A DNA stretch of 64,000 bases from Amoebophrya sp. A120. Its lineage: Eukaryota; Protista; Dinoflagellata. Below are positions 1 to 13,990 of the stretch, piece after piece. The notes under the pieces were generated by a model that was not told the DNA's origin, made no database searches, and was given only the letters and a program-made list of their open reading frames with translations. The stretch covers positions 7,532,743 to 7,596,742 of the forward strand of contig CAJINV010000002.1 of the NCBI GenBank assembly GCA_905178155.1, read 5' to 3'. Every line of letters begins with the position of its first letter. The first letter of the stretch is position 1. Made by a program: the position numbers and the translations under genes.

Positions 1-1464
1 CATTATTGGGCGAGGGAGGGGCGGGGCGGCAAAGTCGCCACAAGGAAGCAAGCCCCCGCCCGGACGACTGTCGCCCGAGTTCGCGCGCTGTCGAACGAAC
101 ACGGGGGCGCTTGGTCAATCGCAGGGCTCGGGGGCGCGCAACGCGCTCCCTTAGAAGGGTGCGCGCTGGCCAATGGGGGCGCGCACGCCGGGCGGTCTTC
201 TGCGGGCCGGGGGCCTCGCGCTCTTGAGGGAGGCCAATAGGGCAGCGCTCGCGCCCTGAAAGGGAGGCGGGCGCCGCCTCTTCGATTGGGGGGCCCAGTG
301 GACCTATCGCCGCAAATGTGCCGGCCCGCTATGCCACCCCTAGCTTTTATTTACCCGGCCAGGCGAAACCCTGCCCCGAGACCTTGGCGGCCTCCCATTG
401 TTTGCCCGGCCGGGAGACCGCAGGGCGGCACGATGCAAGGGGCGGGGCGAACTGCCTGCGGCGGGGCCCTCTGTCCCTCCTCGTTAGCTCGGGCGCGGTA
501 GTGTTCACGCGTGCGCTCCTCGTTGTGCCAGAGAATACGGTCGGGGTGAGCTGCTCGATGTCCTGGGGCCGGTGGCCAAGAAACAAAGGCGCCGCCGCCG
601 GGCTTCCCCACCGCGCTCCCCCATGCTGCAGGCCCCCCGGTTTGGGGGAGGGGGGGTTCGCTCTGGGCGCCGGCGCCGGCCGCCGCGGCGCTGTGGCCCC
701 CCTCCGGTTGCGCGAGCTCGGAAACTGGGGCGCAGGGCTCTACCAGCGCCGTCGACTTGGTTGAAAGGGTCCCTCGTCTCCTTCGCCAACGTCCCGGCCT
801 GTGCGAACAATATCGCCCGCGTCAATGTGATCGCAGGCAGAAAATATATAGTGACTCGCGAGCGGAAGGCTAATAAAAAGAATAGCGGCGCCGGTGGTCT
901 CCTACTTCCGACTGTTCGGCGGTTGTTAGCGAACAAACATCGGCGAATACGGCAGAAGTGCTCGTTTGCCACATGCTCTTCGTCGGGGTGTGGTGGGGCA
1001 ACGCCCAGTATTCATTGTGATCCGACTACACTTAGGCAAGCACTCTACCTATGTCACAAATGCCGCCGGCTGGGAGTAGGCGGAACTCTAGCTTCTCTGT
1101 CTTCCAACTTGAGTCTTGATCTTGCTTCCACGTCGATACATGTATCGCGTCTTTTGATTATATTCATGTTTCAGCTTCTCGTAGTCACTAGGTAAGTTCG
1201 CAGCTTGAGCTTACACTATCACGGAAGTAGCTTTATTTCTCTGTCGTATTCATGATTACATACGTAGGTCACTGGGCATGCACTAATCTAACTTAGAAAA
1301 TGAAAATCAAAATGCTGGTAATGCAGCAACATTTGAGCAATCGTACATGTAGAAAATATGAAGTGCTCTCAAAGTAGATTGAAAAGCCATATTAAAAAGA
1401 TCACAACACACCACGAGATCGACCATCATACATCAACACCCCCAATGCGAAAACCTCCCGTCCA

Positions 1465-4400
1465 TCACCGCGCCGAATTGGTGGAGTGCAGTCGCAGGCT
1501 AGCGGATCTCCGAATGCTACTGATTGCAGTCGTCTTTTCGGCTACCGAAACCGGTCGGCTGCGGTTCACCGAACCCGAACGGCTCTGACCAGAGTTGTTA
1601 GCTGACGAGGTGATGTTGCTCTGGCCCATAGACATCGACGGCGCTCCCTGGAGGTCTCTTCTGCTCGGCGTGAAGGACCGGCGAGAGTCGGAGTTTTTCG
1701 TCGTCGCCGCCATCTTGCCACTCAGACTCTGCCACTGCTTCTGCTGATTGAGATTGTGATTTCCCGTCATGACATCAAAGTCATCTACTTGCAAAAGCGT
1801 CGGACCGCTGCGGATTTCATGGCTAGCTGTAGCCACAGAAGGTTTATTTCCGGGCGCCGTCGACGCTGCTACCTGCCCGGCAGAGGGTCTGCTATTTCTC
1901 GCGCTCAGGTGGTCCATACCAAACTCATCATTTTCCTCTGCGAAGGAGACTGCGTCGTGGACTTGTTGAAAGGAGCGTGAATTCGCGTAGTTGGAGGACG
2001 CCGAGCTCGCAGTACCACCAGCGCCCGCTACTGACAAATGTCGATTGGAAGAACTGTTTCGCGACATAGATGCTGGCTGCTGGCTGTGATGCTGAAACCC
2101 CTGGTGTCCTCCTCCCGGCGTCTGCTGTTCCTTCCGATTACCACCACCTCCGAATTGTTTCCTCAACGCGGGCCGGAATGCTTCCTGCACACACCGCAAA
2201 TGTTTCACCTGGCGGTAGCAGGCCCGCCAGGTGGCGTCAACCAGCTTGATCTTCGCCTCGTAGTGCTTTGCGTTTTCCAACACCGCCTGCATTTCCTCCT
2301 GCAACAGGTTCACCTTGTCCGCCCACAGCTGCTCCAGCTCGTATTTTTCGTAACTCGCGTTTTTTTCGTTCAGTTTCTTTTCCTCCTCCCACTTCTTCAA
2401 TTTCAGAAAGGTTTGGTCGTCGTACTTCTTTTCGATGTCCTTCAACTGCCGCTCGTATCCTGTGTAAAAACGTCCCCACCCGCGAGTTGTAATGCAAATC
2501 TGCATGCTTAAAATGTTTCTCATGCGGAGGCTCATGCGAGGCGTTTTCTAGAGGTGATTTGAGATTTGTCATGCTCGAACCAGCGCGACAAACTGGATCT
2601 GTGATGCTGCTGCCCTAGCTATACGAGACTACTACATTGGCATTGCGAGCCCAAACTTGTCATGCACGACAGCCAAAGTGCACGGATTTGTGTAGCAGAT
2701 TTCCCATCTTGACTCTGGTGTGAGGGCATTTTTACTCGGGATAGCTCGAACTCGAGCTTCATCGCTTTCATGTCCGTTTCCTTGATTTCCAAATGCTTCT
2801 CCAACTGCTTCTCCAGTGCCTTCTCGAACTCCTTCCGCATCTCCTTCTCCTTGGCGAAAAGCTTCTCGTCGGTCTCCGCCAACTCGATCTCGTGCAGCTG
2901 CTTGCACTTCTGTCGCGTTTCCTCGACCTTCAGCCGCATTTTCTCCTCGAAGTCCAATTTGAACTTCTCCAGGTTCATCTCGTAGTTTTTCTCGAGGAGC
3001 TTCAACTTCTGCCGGGCGGAATTCAACTCTTTCTGCCGGCGGTCCTCCATCCGGTCCAGCTCGTTTTGTTGGTCCTGCAGCAGCTTTTTCAGGGCCGTTT
3101 TGGTTGTTAGGGACTGGTGGAGGTTGAAATTCTGGTGGGAGGAACTATTTGACGGCAGCATCGAGCTGCTGGTGTTCATCGTCGTAGTTCCAGATTTATG
3201 ATGCGCGTCACCAGAAACTCCCGCTGCTGTTCCCGTTCCGGCAGACGAAGCGAAAAACGGGGAGGCGAAGTTTCGCAGCGAGAAGTCCTTCAGAAATTCC
3301 TCCTGTTCGCGGTCCTTTGCGTGCAACTGCGTCCGGAGCTCCTCACACTGGTGCCGGGCCGTGTTCAGCTCAATGAGTAGCAGCTGCCGTTCCTCTGTGA
3401 GAGAGTGTGTAAGTGGGGGGCGGGACATCTCAAGATAAACAGTAAAGCACCATTGCTCACGTAGCACGATTTTCATCTTGACTGTTGCCCAAACAGACCG
3501 GCAACATCATCCTCCAGATCATGATCATCACGACATAAAAAATGATGTTTCACAAGTGAGTCAAACTTAAATCAAACACTAGAAGCTTTTTATGTAATAC
3601 GTCCAAGCTTTGTCTTTTCGCTCTCCACGGTCGCTTCTAGCTGTTTCTTCTGGGATTCCAGTACCCGCAGGGCTTCTTCCTTGTCTTTCGCGAGATCCTG
3701 TGCCAGTTCGGAGATCTGTCGGGAGTAGCTCTCGTCCTTCTTCTGCAGAATGCTGGTGTAAAGATCGACGTAGGACTTGTGCATATCCCGAAGACTGTCA
3801 AGCTCGACCTTATGTTCATTTTTCGTTTCCGTTTCGTCAGGTACAAGTTTTGGAGATTTCGATCCAAAATACAAATGAAACACAAACCGCGCGATGGCAA
3901 TTTGCAAACAGAGCGCTCATTCATCCTTCTGAAGTCAACAGAAGACATCTTCGTCAAGTGTACGTCGCACCTGTAGCTCATTCTTCTCCATCACAATGCT
4001 GCGCTTTTCCTGGTCGTACTCCGTTTTCAACAAATGCAGTTTCTTTTCCAAGTGCGCCATCGTTTCGCCGCGGTCCTTTTCCCGATCTTTTAACTCCTGT
4101 AGTTCGGACACATGGTCGTCTTGTTGGAGTTTTAGCTCGACGTGGAGTTTTTTATTCTCTTCCTCCAACATTTTCAGGTCGTGACTGGCGTCCTGTAGCT
4201 TCATGTCATACTGGTCGGAAAGGGACTTGAGCTGTTTTTTGATGTTGTTCAGTGCATTTGTATGTCTATGGGCATTTGATGTTTTTGTTTGATCGAGCGA
4301 AAGACAATACACAAAGTCAAAGTCAGTGAAAGTGATAGCACTTCTGCATGACAACAACGGACTGTAGCAGCCACGAACCGATCTACTTTCATGAACATGA

Positions 4401-4963
4401 TCGTGATCGCTAGCATAGATAAATACTTCTCCGCGATGCCTGGCTTTCTGCAGTTGCTGTTCTTCATCCTGTTCGATCCGCAGTCTCTTCTCCGGCGACA
4501 GCGACGACGTGGATCTACTGCTGTGCAGCATGACACAGGAATTTTTGGACGACATGGACATAGCTGCTGCGCCGCCGGTTGTGGTTGCAGAAACCAACGG
4601 TGTTGATGTTGCAGAGGCTCCGCTCTTACTTCTCTTGATCACGGGTGAGAAAGTGCGCGCAAACTCCTTGTTTGGGGAACTGCCCCGCCCTGCCTGGGAT
4701 CGATAAGAGCTTGCTGCCGCACAGGATGATGGCGCCCGACTCGAGGCGCTAGAAGTCCTGCGCGTGGGCGTGGCGGCACGATCAGTTTTTTCTTCTTTGT
4801 ACAGACTTGAGAAAGTCGTGCTGGTAGTGCTCGCGGGCCCGCCTTTACTTTTAGTTGGCGCAGCTGGGTAGTGGTTCAGGGAGAACGCAGTTCCGCTTTC
4901 AGCAAGTGCGGCCTGGCTCTTCGGCGCCAAAGAGAAGAAGTCACGGATACTGGGCACCGACAT
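1465..4963 (-). CDS. Coiled-coil protein of unknown function, 5 exons (~887 aa)
   Basis: Model join(4440..4963,3971..4265,3601..3808,2749..3394,1465..2455) = 2664 nt, in frame. Introns: 4266-4439 GC..AG (tentative), 3809-3970 GT..AG, 3395-3600 GT..AG, and an introner at 2456-2743 plus one TSD (junction KLEFE|RQLKDIEKKY). E/K/Q/L-rich heptads with Ser-rich termini. Confidence 0.75.
2456..2743. mobile_element. TIR introner (family F), 288 bp, TSD GCTCG
   Basis: Left end TATCCTGTGTAAAAACGTCCCCACCCGCGAGT; reverse complement of right end TATCCCGAGTAAAAATGCCCTCACACCAGAGT. GCTCG at 2451-2455 and 2744-2748. Removal restores the host frame. Confidence 0.9.
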
Positions 4964-5989
4964 ACATTGAAAGCCGCACGGACTGCTCTCGCCAACACTC
5001 CCACTCTAAAGTAGCAGAGATAAGCATAAGCTAACTATCTGACATGGCCCGCGGCGACCATAGCTGAACAAACAAACTCAAACCCCCGCGGGACACGGTG
5101 CGCGGTTCCTTCGTCCTCGCATGTAATCACGCACCTCGACAAATGGGCCCTTCAGCAAGCTTTTTGCCAACATGCGATGAACAAAATGAGAAGACGCCGC
5201 GCCCTGTTGTGGCTGCTCACTGGCAAACCATTACAGCGCTCCTGCACCTCCTTGGTGCTCACGCTGAGCTGTAGCTCTGACAAATCAGAAATATTTCACT
5301 CCGGCAGTTTTTACGGTGTGGTTGGCAAATGGTATGTGGGTCATGGGTCGTTGTTCCTGGTTCCAGGTACACATCATGCATATGAGACGTGGTTTTCCTT
5401 CTCTCTCCTGTTGACGCGGTTCATTCAAGTTCATTTGTTCGGTCTAACTCGTAATTGAGGGCTAAATAGAATTAGAAATGGAACTACGGTGTGTGTCCTT
5501 CATGCTATGATCCTATCTTACTGGCAAGAGCAGTATCCTACAAGAAGGATTTTGTGGAGGCTGTGAATACTGAAACTTGTTTGTTATACAAACTCCGAAG
5601 CGCAATTCGTCCTCGTCGTGGTGGTTTTTTCTACGTACACAAATGGGGCGCAGCGAGTATACGTATAGAAGCGGCACAGGTAGTTTCGACATGCAAATGG
5701 GGATGCAGTTCCAGTTGATTGTATAAATGCAGAAACTCGCGGCCTTCGTTCAAAGCAGTTTCTTAACTACTGATCAGCTGCAAACGTGATACAGACCGAG
5801 ATCAGGATCACAGACAGACGATGACGAGAGGGTCTTCATTTCATGCTTTAGACATTTTTCAGACATCTTTGAGCTTCTTCGCGAGGTTGACAGTCATGGC
5901 GATGCACTCGTGCAGCAGATTCGTTGTTTTCCGCCTTCATCTTCACGTGGCTGGCTGAATCTTTCGGCCGTTTCGGCGCTTTTCATTCA

Positions 5990-8900
5990 TCAAAAATGAT
6001 CCACGTGCGAATACTGTCGAAAAATGCCGGGGGTAGATTGCCTACGCAAGCTAACTCCAGAAGCGCGGGTCTTGTTGTGTGCGAATCCCAGCGTCGCGGT
6101 TTGCGTTTGGCCCAGGGCGTGGCTCAGCCTGAAAAGTTGTCGTTATCATTGAGCTAGAGGCTACTCTACTTTGATGCAGCAGGATACGAGAGTGCTATAT
6201 GCATGTTCTCTTTCGAGCAATGGAAAAGCACAAAGAAACTCATCTTCAAAACTCAAAAAAAAATACGCAGCGTTCCCCCCACCCGTCGTGCTCAACAACG
6301 AGGCTGCGCTTGACTGCTGCTCGAGTGGCGAACAGTTCCGGCTTACTTTCATCGCGCTTGAAGCTGCACCCAAAGCTCCTGGTCCCGAACTCGTCGACAT
6401 CAAGTTTTTGAACGAGGCAAGCATGTAGGGATTTTGATTTTGTCTTGGCTGGACTGCACTAGTCGACGTGGATGCCGCTGCTTCACTCGATGGCGAGTAT
6501 GGATGTGTCAGAGTTGAAATCGATAAAGTTGAAATAATTTGCCATGCATAAAATGGATGCCAATTGGAACCCAGTTTTCAAATGGCGCAAGACAAATTTC
6601 GGCGGTCCCTAAATCCACTCTGTCATGCTGTTTAGGCAAAGAAGAGCGATTTTCTCATGTTACTTTAGCAGCTCGAGCTGTATCCCCAAACAGGCTTACA
6701 ATCGGCCTCACTTGCCTGCTCTGCAACACACGTGCCTCCGGTCATGCATTTTATGCATTACAAATTATTTCAACTTTGACGATTTCAAACCTGACGCTTT
6801 CATAGCGAGGAAGAGAGTTGTACACCCCCGTGCCGCGGCGTGATTCTGCTGCTTTGAGGGGCTTGAGTCATCGACGAAGAGGGGTTCTTGCAGTTCATCA
6901 CAGTGTTGTTCCCTGGTGTAGGTGTGGGAGTAGTCGTGGTGGTAGTCGCAGTGTATACCGGGTAGTTTAACGACCCAAGTTTCAGCTGTCCCTTGCCAAA
7001 TTCCATGCTCGTCGCTAACCCGTGCTGCGTGCGCTGATTCAGACGGCTGAGGAGGTTATCTTTCAGAGAGGTACTGGACTGATGGAACATGAAGGCTTGC
7101 TGTTGCTCTGCAACCTCAAGCGGCGAGGAAGTTGCTGAAACGACACCTGGCGCTTGCAGCTGTTGCTGCCCTAGCTGCTGTGCAGCTGGCGGTGGTGGAT
7201 CATACTTTGCATAATTTACTCCGCCGCTACCAGTGGATTGGTGTTCAAAATTGGTTTTCAATAGTTGCAGTTGGCGTTCGCGCTCCCGCTCCGTTGGAGA
7301 GGGCAGGGAGAACGCGGATGAAGAATCCAGCGGCTGTCCTCCGGCAGAATGTTTGTTCCAAACAGAGGCAAGCGACGACGAGTTCTTGTTTCGCGAGGCG
7401 GCAAACGGAAACGCGGCAGAGGAGGAATTGCTGGCAGCTGAAGTCGTTGCAGCCCCACGCGAAGATGCTGCTGTCGTCGCAGATGAAAAGCTTCCAAATT
7501 TCAGCGCAGAGGTCGCTGCCACCACGGGACTGTCGTCTTGTTCAAGAAACAACCCATCTTCGGGCTGACCAGCATTCTGACGTTCCTCCACTACTGCCCC
7601 CTCCTCTGTCGGCAACAGACACTCGCTTGTCATCCTGGGGAGTTCATCATGTTCCCCCTCTATCTCCTCTGCATGTTGGCCGACTGCTGGACCCACAAGG
7701 TCTTCGTCCTCTAACAGCGTGTCGTCTTGCTCTAATGGCAGCAAATCAATCTCGACCATCGTGGTTGCAGTCGCAGTGGTTGAACTGGAAGCGCTGCGGG
7801 TGTCTAGCACAGGCTTGGACGACGGTGCGGAGGTGCTGCTGGTTGACAGTGCTGACGGCATCGCTTTGCTCGGAATGTTTGGTTGAGAAATTTGCTGTGC
7901 CCGGTACGCTTTCTTCGGCAGAATGTGTGCGTGGGAGGTGCTGAGTTTGTGACTCATATTTACTCCATCTTCGGTGGGACGAGAGGCAGGATTTGAGCCT
8001 CTGCATGAGCTAGAAGTTGACGCGCGCTGGTGCACTTCATACACCAGTTCGTTGTATTTATTTTCAGGATCTTGAATGATCGGCGGATTGTTTTGGTTCT
8101 CGATGTCGCTGGCTTCCTCGTCCTCCTCCTCGAAGGCGGACGCCGAGCTGCGCCCTTTCGGGCGCTCATCTTCCTCTTCAACGCTGATATTAGAGGCACT
8201 AGCTTTCCGATGGGTGGCCGCCTCGAAGTTGCTTCTCCCTTGTTCCATCAACCTCGTACTGTTCGTATTTGACGATGACGAGGCTCCTCCACTCGTGTCT
8301 ACGTTGGCCGGGCGGGGGGAAGCGGCTCGAGCAGTTGCACCCAGCGGCGCGAATTCCGCCGTCGACGCGCTCAATACCCCGAAGCGCTCCATCAGATGCT
8401 TCTTCCGTGCTTCCCGGCTGCTGGTGTTCAAATTCTGCATGTCGGCTTGCGACCAAGAAGTTGAAGTTGCACTAGAAACCGCACCACTGGAAGACGAAGA
8501 GCCAGTCGTCGGCGAAAGCTTCTTCATGTTCTGGATCTGGATCGGCGGCGGCACTCCTCCCCCCTCGTGTCTGTAGTTTTTCGAACTTGTCGAAATCGAA
8601 GAAGTAGAGTTGTGGACGAGGTGCTTGTGCTCAAGAAACTCTTCGGGGATGGAGGTTTCGTCATCGTAGTCAACCGCAGCCCGATAGGTAGTAGTTGCCT
8701 CACTCCTACTTCCAGCCGAACCCCCAGGAAATGCTGGAGAGCGCGACGAGGAGGAGCTGCTCGAGCACGAAGCTGTATTAACTACACCAGTGGCCGGAAG
8801 ACCTGGACCTGTCTTCGAACCCGCCCTATCAGTAGCTTCACTGTCGTGAAGGTTTGTCTTATTCCCCACTCCGCCCAAAAATCGTGGCGCCGCGACACCG

Positions 8901-11900
8901 CGCTGCTCCTGACTTGTTGCACTGACGTCATCCGCCCCCAGGTCTCCCTCTTCTTCACTGATATCGGCTAGCCGATTCACGTGCAAACACGGTTCCCGCG
9001 ACCACACCTTACGGCTCGTCAACGCCTTCGGCTTGTCCAGGTGCTTCTTCACGGTCGTCTTCAGGTGTGCGGATGACGAGGACGCGGCACCACTGCCGCG
9101 TTTCAAAAGTTTGCTCAGACTAGAGGTCGATGAGCTGGAGGAAAGGGTCGACGTTGCGGCTGTGTGACCATTGGATCCGGATGCGGAGCTCCTCGGCGTG
9201 CCCGTCGCTGGAGAGGTGGGCGCGCCCACGGCAGCCAGAGCGAGGAAGGACGAGTGTGACGACCGTGACAGGGTTGTAGATCCAGGAATTCTATCGGAAG
9301 CCGGTGATGTGGTCGCGGCAGGAGTTGAAATCAGTCCTGCTGCAGGCACCAGCAGGGACGAAACCGTGCTAGTTGTGCTCGAAGCAGAACTTGTCGTGGC
9401 GGTCGGAGTCGCGGTTGAGGTTGTCGTGGCGGGATCGTTTGCGTGACCATTTTCTTGAGGACCTGGACGATCACATTGGTTCATCTTCAGCGCCAGGTCA
9501 ACATCTTCCTCGTGACGCTCCTCTTGTCGAAGAAAATTTTCACGCAGATGAAAATCTGTGGCTCTTTGCTCCGCCTCCTCCTGTTCTTGTTCATTACTGC
9601 GGTCACCTCCACTGCCAGAACCAAAAAAACCCTCGACAGGATCTGCCTCATTTCCGTCGACGTTTTGCTCCGGTGGATCTGTCTGTCTTGCCACGCCGCG
9701 GCTCTTGTTAAACAGGAACGGATTCATTTTCGTTTTATTGTTGTCAGCCTTGTTGTAGTAGCTGTTTTCACATCCAGCGCCGCCAGCATTTTTCGCTTCT
9801 GTTCGTAAGTTCGGTTGGAAGCGTTTCATAGGCGCGAACGTCGGGACGCTCCGGCTGGAGCTCATGAACCGACTCGTCGACGATGAAGACGATGAACAAT
9901 TCGCGGCAGGCGCGCTGCTCTTCTGGTGCTGCGCGTTCCTCGCGTACAGCGGTTGCATGGATGCGCCGGAGTTTTGCGCCGTTGGCGTGGCAACGTTGCT
10001 GGTGCTGTTGTTGAACATGTTTTTAGCATTGGAATTTTGATTGACGACGTTCAACAGATTCAGTTTTCCCAGATGGGCAGAGGGCGTTCCAACGGCGGAG
10101 TTCGTCTTGGAGGACATCAGTAGTCCGCTTGTGCTCCCCCCGGTAATGTTCAGCAAATTTGTCGGGTTTAGCGAATCGGTAGCTACTGGTCCTGATCCCG
10201 CTGCGGAAGCTCCTGGACTTGGTTGCGACGCGTTGTAGCCGCTGCTTGATTGGTTTACATTTTGGCCAGAACTCAAGTTCAAGCTCATCTGGTTGTAACC
10301 GCTCAGCCAATTTGATGCCGAAGACGACCCAAGATTGGAAATGGTCGAGTTCAGACTGAGGTTCAGACAATGCGAGGGGTTTGCCGTGTTCGTCAAACTG
10401 CTGTTCACCTGGTTCAGCTGCAAAGGGCTTGGGGCGACCAGCTGGTGCGGCGTAGAAGCAGTCATGGAACCGCCGCTGCCGACGCCAGCTCCGGGCGTTG
10501 CAGCTTGGCTTGTGTTGGATTTTAGTCTCTGACTGCTCAAGGCGTATCGTGGCGAGAATGGCGAAACAACAGCGGCCGGCGACTGTTTCAGGTTTAGCGT
10601 TTGAGTTTGTTTGGGCAACGTTGTGGTCTGTTGGTGCTCTACTTCGTCGGTAGCTGCACCGTTTGCCTTTCTGGAGGAGGACGCCGATGACGTCGAATTA
10701 TCCTCCAAACGGGGGCTATGATGTCCTTCTTGCGACGAACTAGTCACACTGGAAGATCCGCTTGGTTCTTGACGACCGCCGCCAAGAAATCCCGCGCTGG
10801 GCCAGTTCGAGATGGTCTGCCGGTGGGGTTTCGGTCGGAGCCGGGAAAGCTGTTCCGTGACCGTGGGCCGTTGCGCCGGGGCTCCGGTTTGCTCCTGCGG
10901 GTCGTGTGCAGAGCTGCTACTCGAGGAGCTCGAGGATCCACCGAAATTGTTGTAGACGAAGTGGGACGTTGTGTGACCGCCTGCAAGAAGGTAAGATATT
11001 CTCACGACTTGGACTTCAACTTCTTGCCATCTTGCATAAGACGCGAGCCGCAACAAGGAAGTAGTTTTTACAACTCACTAAAGTACACGTCGCATCGAAT
11101 TCGTTGATCTTTGTTACACGCCCTGCTCACACTCACGGGTCTGGAGCTTCTAAGCAAGAAAATCATTCAAATTCAAAAATGAAAACAGGTACCAAAGCTG
11201 TTCCGTGGTCGATTAAAATTTCGTGTTGACGACAACGCGGATGAATTTTGCGACAACCGGGAACCGGAAGTGACTGGTGGAGGATTTTTTGCGACTGATG
11301 CGCTCAAGCCGTGAGGCGGTCCCCCAGCCGTTCGCAGAAACGGATTCTTTACAGCCGCGCCTTGTGAAGGTCCACCTGTTGCACCAGAAACAACTCCACC
11401 AGCGTTGCTTCGAGATCCATTCCCGGCACTAGCTGCTCCTGCTGATTTTCCAGTGGAACTACTAGAACTGCCACCTCCCGCATGATGCGTCGCACTCGCA
11501 CTCTTCCTGACGGCAGCGCTCGGTGCTGTAGCTGTCCCACGCAGATCAGAGAAAAAGTATGCGCTCTGGATCAGTTCCGCCACAGCAAAGGGCCTTCTCC
11601 CGGGGTTTTTCTGGAGGCAGGTGATCAGAAACGACTTCGCACCGTCCGACAGGTTGGACCGCCGGCTGCTCCCGGTCGTGAGGTAGCCGGAGAGGAGAAT
11701 TTGCTCCTGCTTCACGTCTTCGCAGTTGTACACCTGGTTCTGCAAAAGCGTGAAAAACACGACCCCAATGGTGTAAACGTCCGCTTTCTGCCAGTGGACC
11801 CACGGGTACTGCTTCACGTCCCCAACCTCGGGTGCGTTCCAATTCGGCGTCCCGCACATCTCATTGCGGGACTGCTGTGCGAGATGATGATGTGGAGGAT

Positions 11901-13047
11901 CATGATCGGCAGGAGACGACAGAGCACCAGCACCGTGTGTTGATGTAGTTGAACTACTGCAAGATGTACTTGAGCCACTCACTTGACATGCCCACCCGAA
12001 GTCGCAAATCTTGACCGTGTCCCTGTCGCAGTCGTAGAGCAAGTTATCCAGTTTTAGGTCACGGTGCACCCAATTGTTCGAGTGCAGGTGGTGCACGCCG
12101 TGGAGCAGCTGCAAAATCCAGTTTTTCGCGATGTGCTCCGGCACGCCGACGCCGTTGTTGTTCGTGAACATCAGCGGGCTGTTGAAAGAATTAGCACCAC
12201 CTCGCCCAAAATTACACGCTGCACCACGTGGGCCAGAAGACCGCATCATTTTTCCCATATTATGCGCCATCCCCGGAAGATTTTTGCCATTACCACCACA
12301 ACCTCCGCTGCAGTACTTTTTCTGCATGGAAAGCAAGGTCGTGTCCAGCAATTCCATCAGCAGAAACGTGTGCTCCTCTGTCTGGTATACCTCCTTCGCG
12401 CCCATCACGTTCTCATGCTCGTGCTCGAAGAAAAACCGCATCGCATCCATTTCCTGATTCAGCAAGTGCAGTATGCCACGCTTCGGGTACTCCTCGTTCT
12501 GGAGGATTTTCAGAGCGGAAAATTGGCTCTTTTCACTACCGTCTGTGTCTGTGGTTGTTGTATTAACCGTGCTTGCGTTTGTGGATGTAGTGGTCGCCGA
12601 GCACCCATCTGTTGCCGCGTAGCCGTGTGCACCACCAGCTTTATTCCTGATTTTCAGCACCACCGCAAACGCACCCGTGCCCACAACGTCTCCCTCGAAG
12701 CTGTACTTGGATGTCAATTCATCAGGTTTAGGATCGACACCCCAATCAAACTTGCAAAGGGACTCGATGTGGTCAATGTCGTGTTCTTCGTGTGGGGCAG
12801 CGGGGGACTCATGCTTGAGCAACTGCTGAGCGCGCTGTGTGTGATCGCCCTTGTCACGTGTTCCAGTTGCCGCGACTCGGTAGTTCGATGGTTTGTTGTT
12901 TCCACTGTTTGTCAGAAAGTTCATGCCGCTTGGCTTGCCGGCGGTGCCAGCGCCGTTGAAGCCGTTGAATATGGCAGTTGTGGCGCGGGGGCTTGTGGAG
13001 GACGAGGAGGAGCTCGCGCTCGAAAAATTTGCTGAAAACCCCATCAT
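5990..13047 (-). CDS. Ser/Thr protein kinase (Aurora-like/CAMK group) with very long low-complexity C-terminal tail (~2130 aa)
   Basis: Motifs VGTGAFAVV, ALK, HRDLKLDN, DFGWA, MCGTPNWNAPE, KADVYTIG in 11193..13047. Model join(11193..13047,6810..10980,6267..6497,5990..6128) = 6396 nt. GT-AG introns 10981-11192 and 6129-6266; introner at 6498-6804. The last exon is less certain. Confidence 0.85.
6498..6804. mobile_element. TIR introner (family G), 307 bp, TSD GCGAG
   Basis: About 57-bp TIR: TATGGATGTGTCAGAGTTGAAATCGATAAAGTTGAAATAATTTGCCATGCATAAAAT vs right-end rc TATGAAAGCGTCAGGTTTGAAATCGTCAAAGTTGAAATAATTTGTAATGCATAAAAT. GCGAG at 6493-6497 and 6805-6809. Spliced junction QLSSS|PSSEAAAST. Confidence 0.92.
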
Positions 13048-13990
13048 AATCGTGGCGTCTAGTTGTGATTATAGTTTGGATAGATAAAAATAAATTGTGA
13101 TAACAAACAAGCAACTTCTCGAGGTCCCGATTTCTACAACACACGACTCAGACTGATCGTTGTACAGCACATCCTGCTCCTACAGACTTACGCATGATGT
13201 GTAGTTGGTCGTTTTTTTTTTACGTCGTAACACTGACTGTGCTTACAACGACAACGAGCAAAGAAGAAATAGACAGAAGAAAACTCTCTGGGTGGTCGCA
13301 CAGACACGCCGCGTAGAAGTCGCCCAAGGGCGCCAATAGAAGTTCCACCAATTACGCACGACTAGCACACACTTGGATCGCCTTCGCGACAAGACCAAAA
13401 CTTCGTCGGCAGGCCGTGCAACCAACGTGGGCGCGTTGTGTCTTCAAATAGGGATACGCACCATACTTTCACCCACCGCTCCGCAAGGTGTAGCACGACG
13501 ACAAAAAGGGTGCTTCATATTTACTGCCATATTTGGAAGCCTCTCTCATGCTGATCGTATGTAATTTCTCAAAGAGTGCTGGACATTGTCTTGTCTCCGC
13601 ACACTCGAACGAGCGCTGCGGACGATGACCTAGTAGAAGACCACAGCCGGCGGCTCTCCGGAAGACAGCTGGCACTACTGCAACCCGTGGTTCGTCTCCA
13701 TCATCATCATCATCCTCAATGAAACCAATATATGTATGCGGTTTTACGCTATGTCAGCGTTGTCAGATTCTTCAGAGAAAATCAGTTTCTGTTTCAGTTT
13801 CACTTCATCCACCGCATCAACAATTGATATTTTTTCTTGCTCGATCCACCTGTGGGTTTCTTGTCCTTGTGGCTTTTTGCAAGTCACATAAGAAAGTCTT
13901 TTTGAAGAAAATCGAAGAGCTCCTGAAGAAAGGGACGATAGGCTATCTTTTTCTTTTGCTGCCTTCTGCCGGTGCACAAGTACTTCTTTA

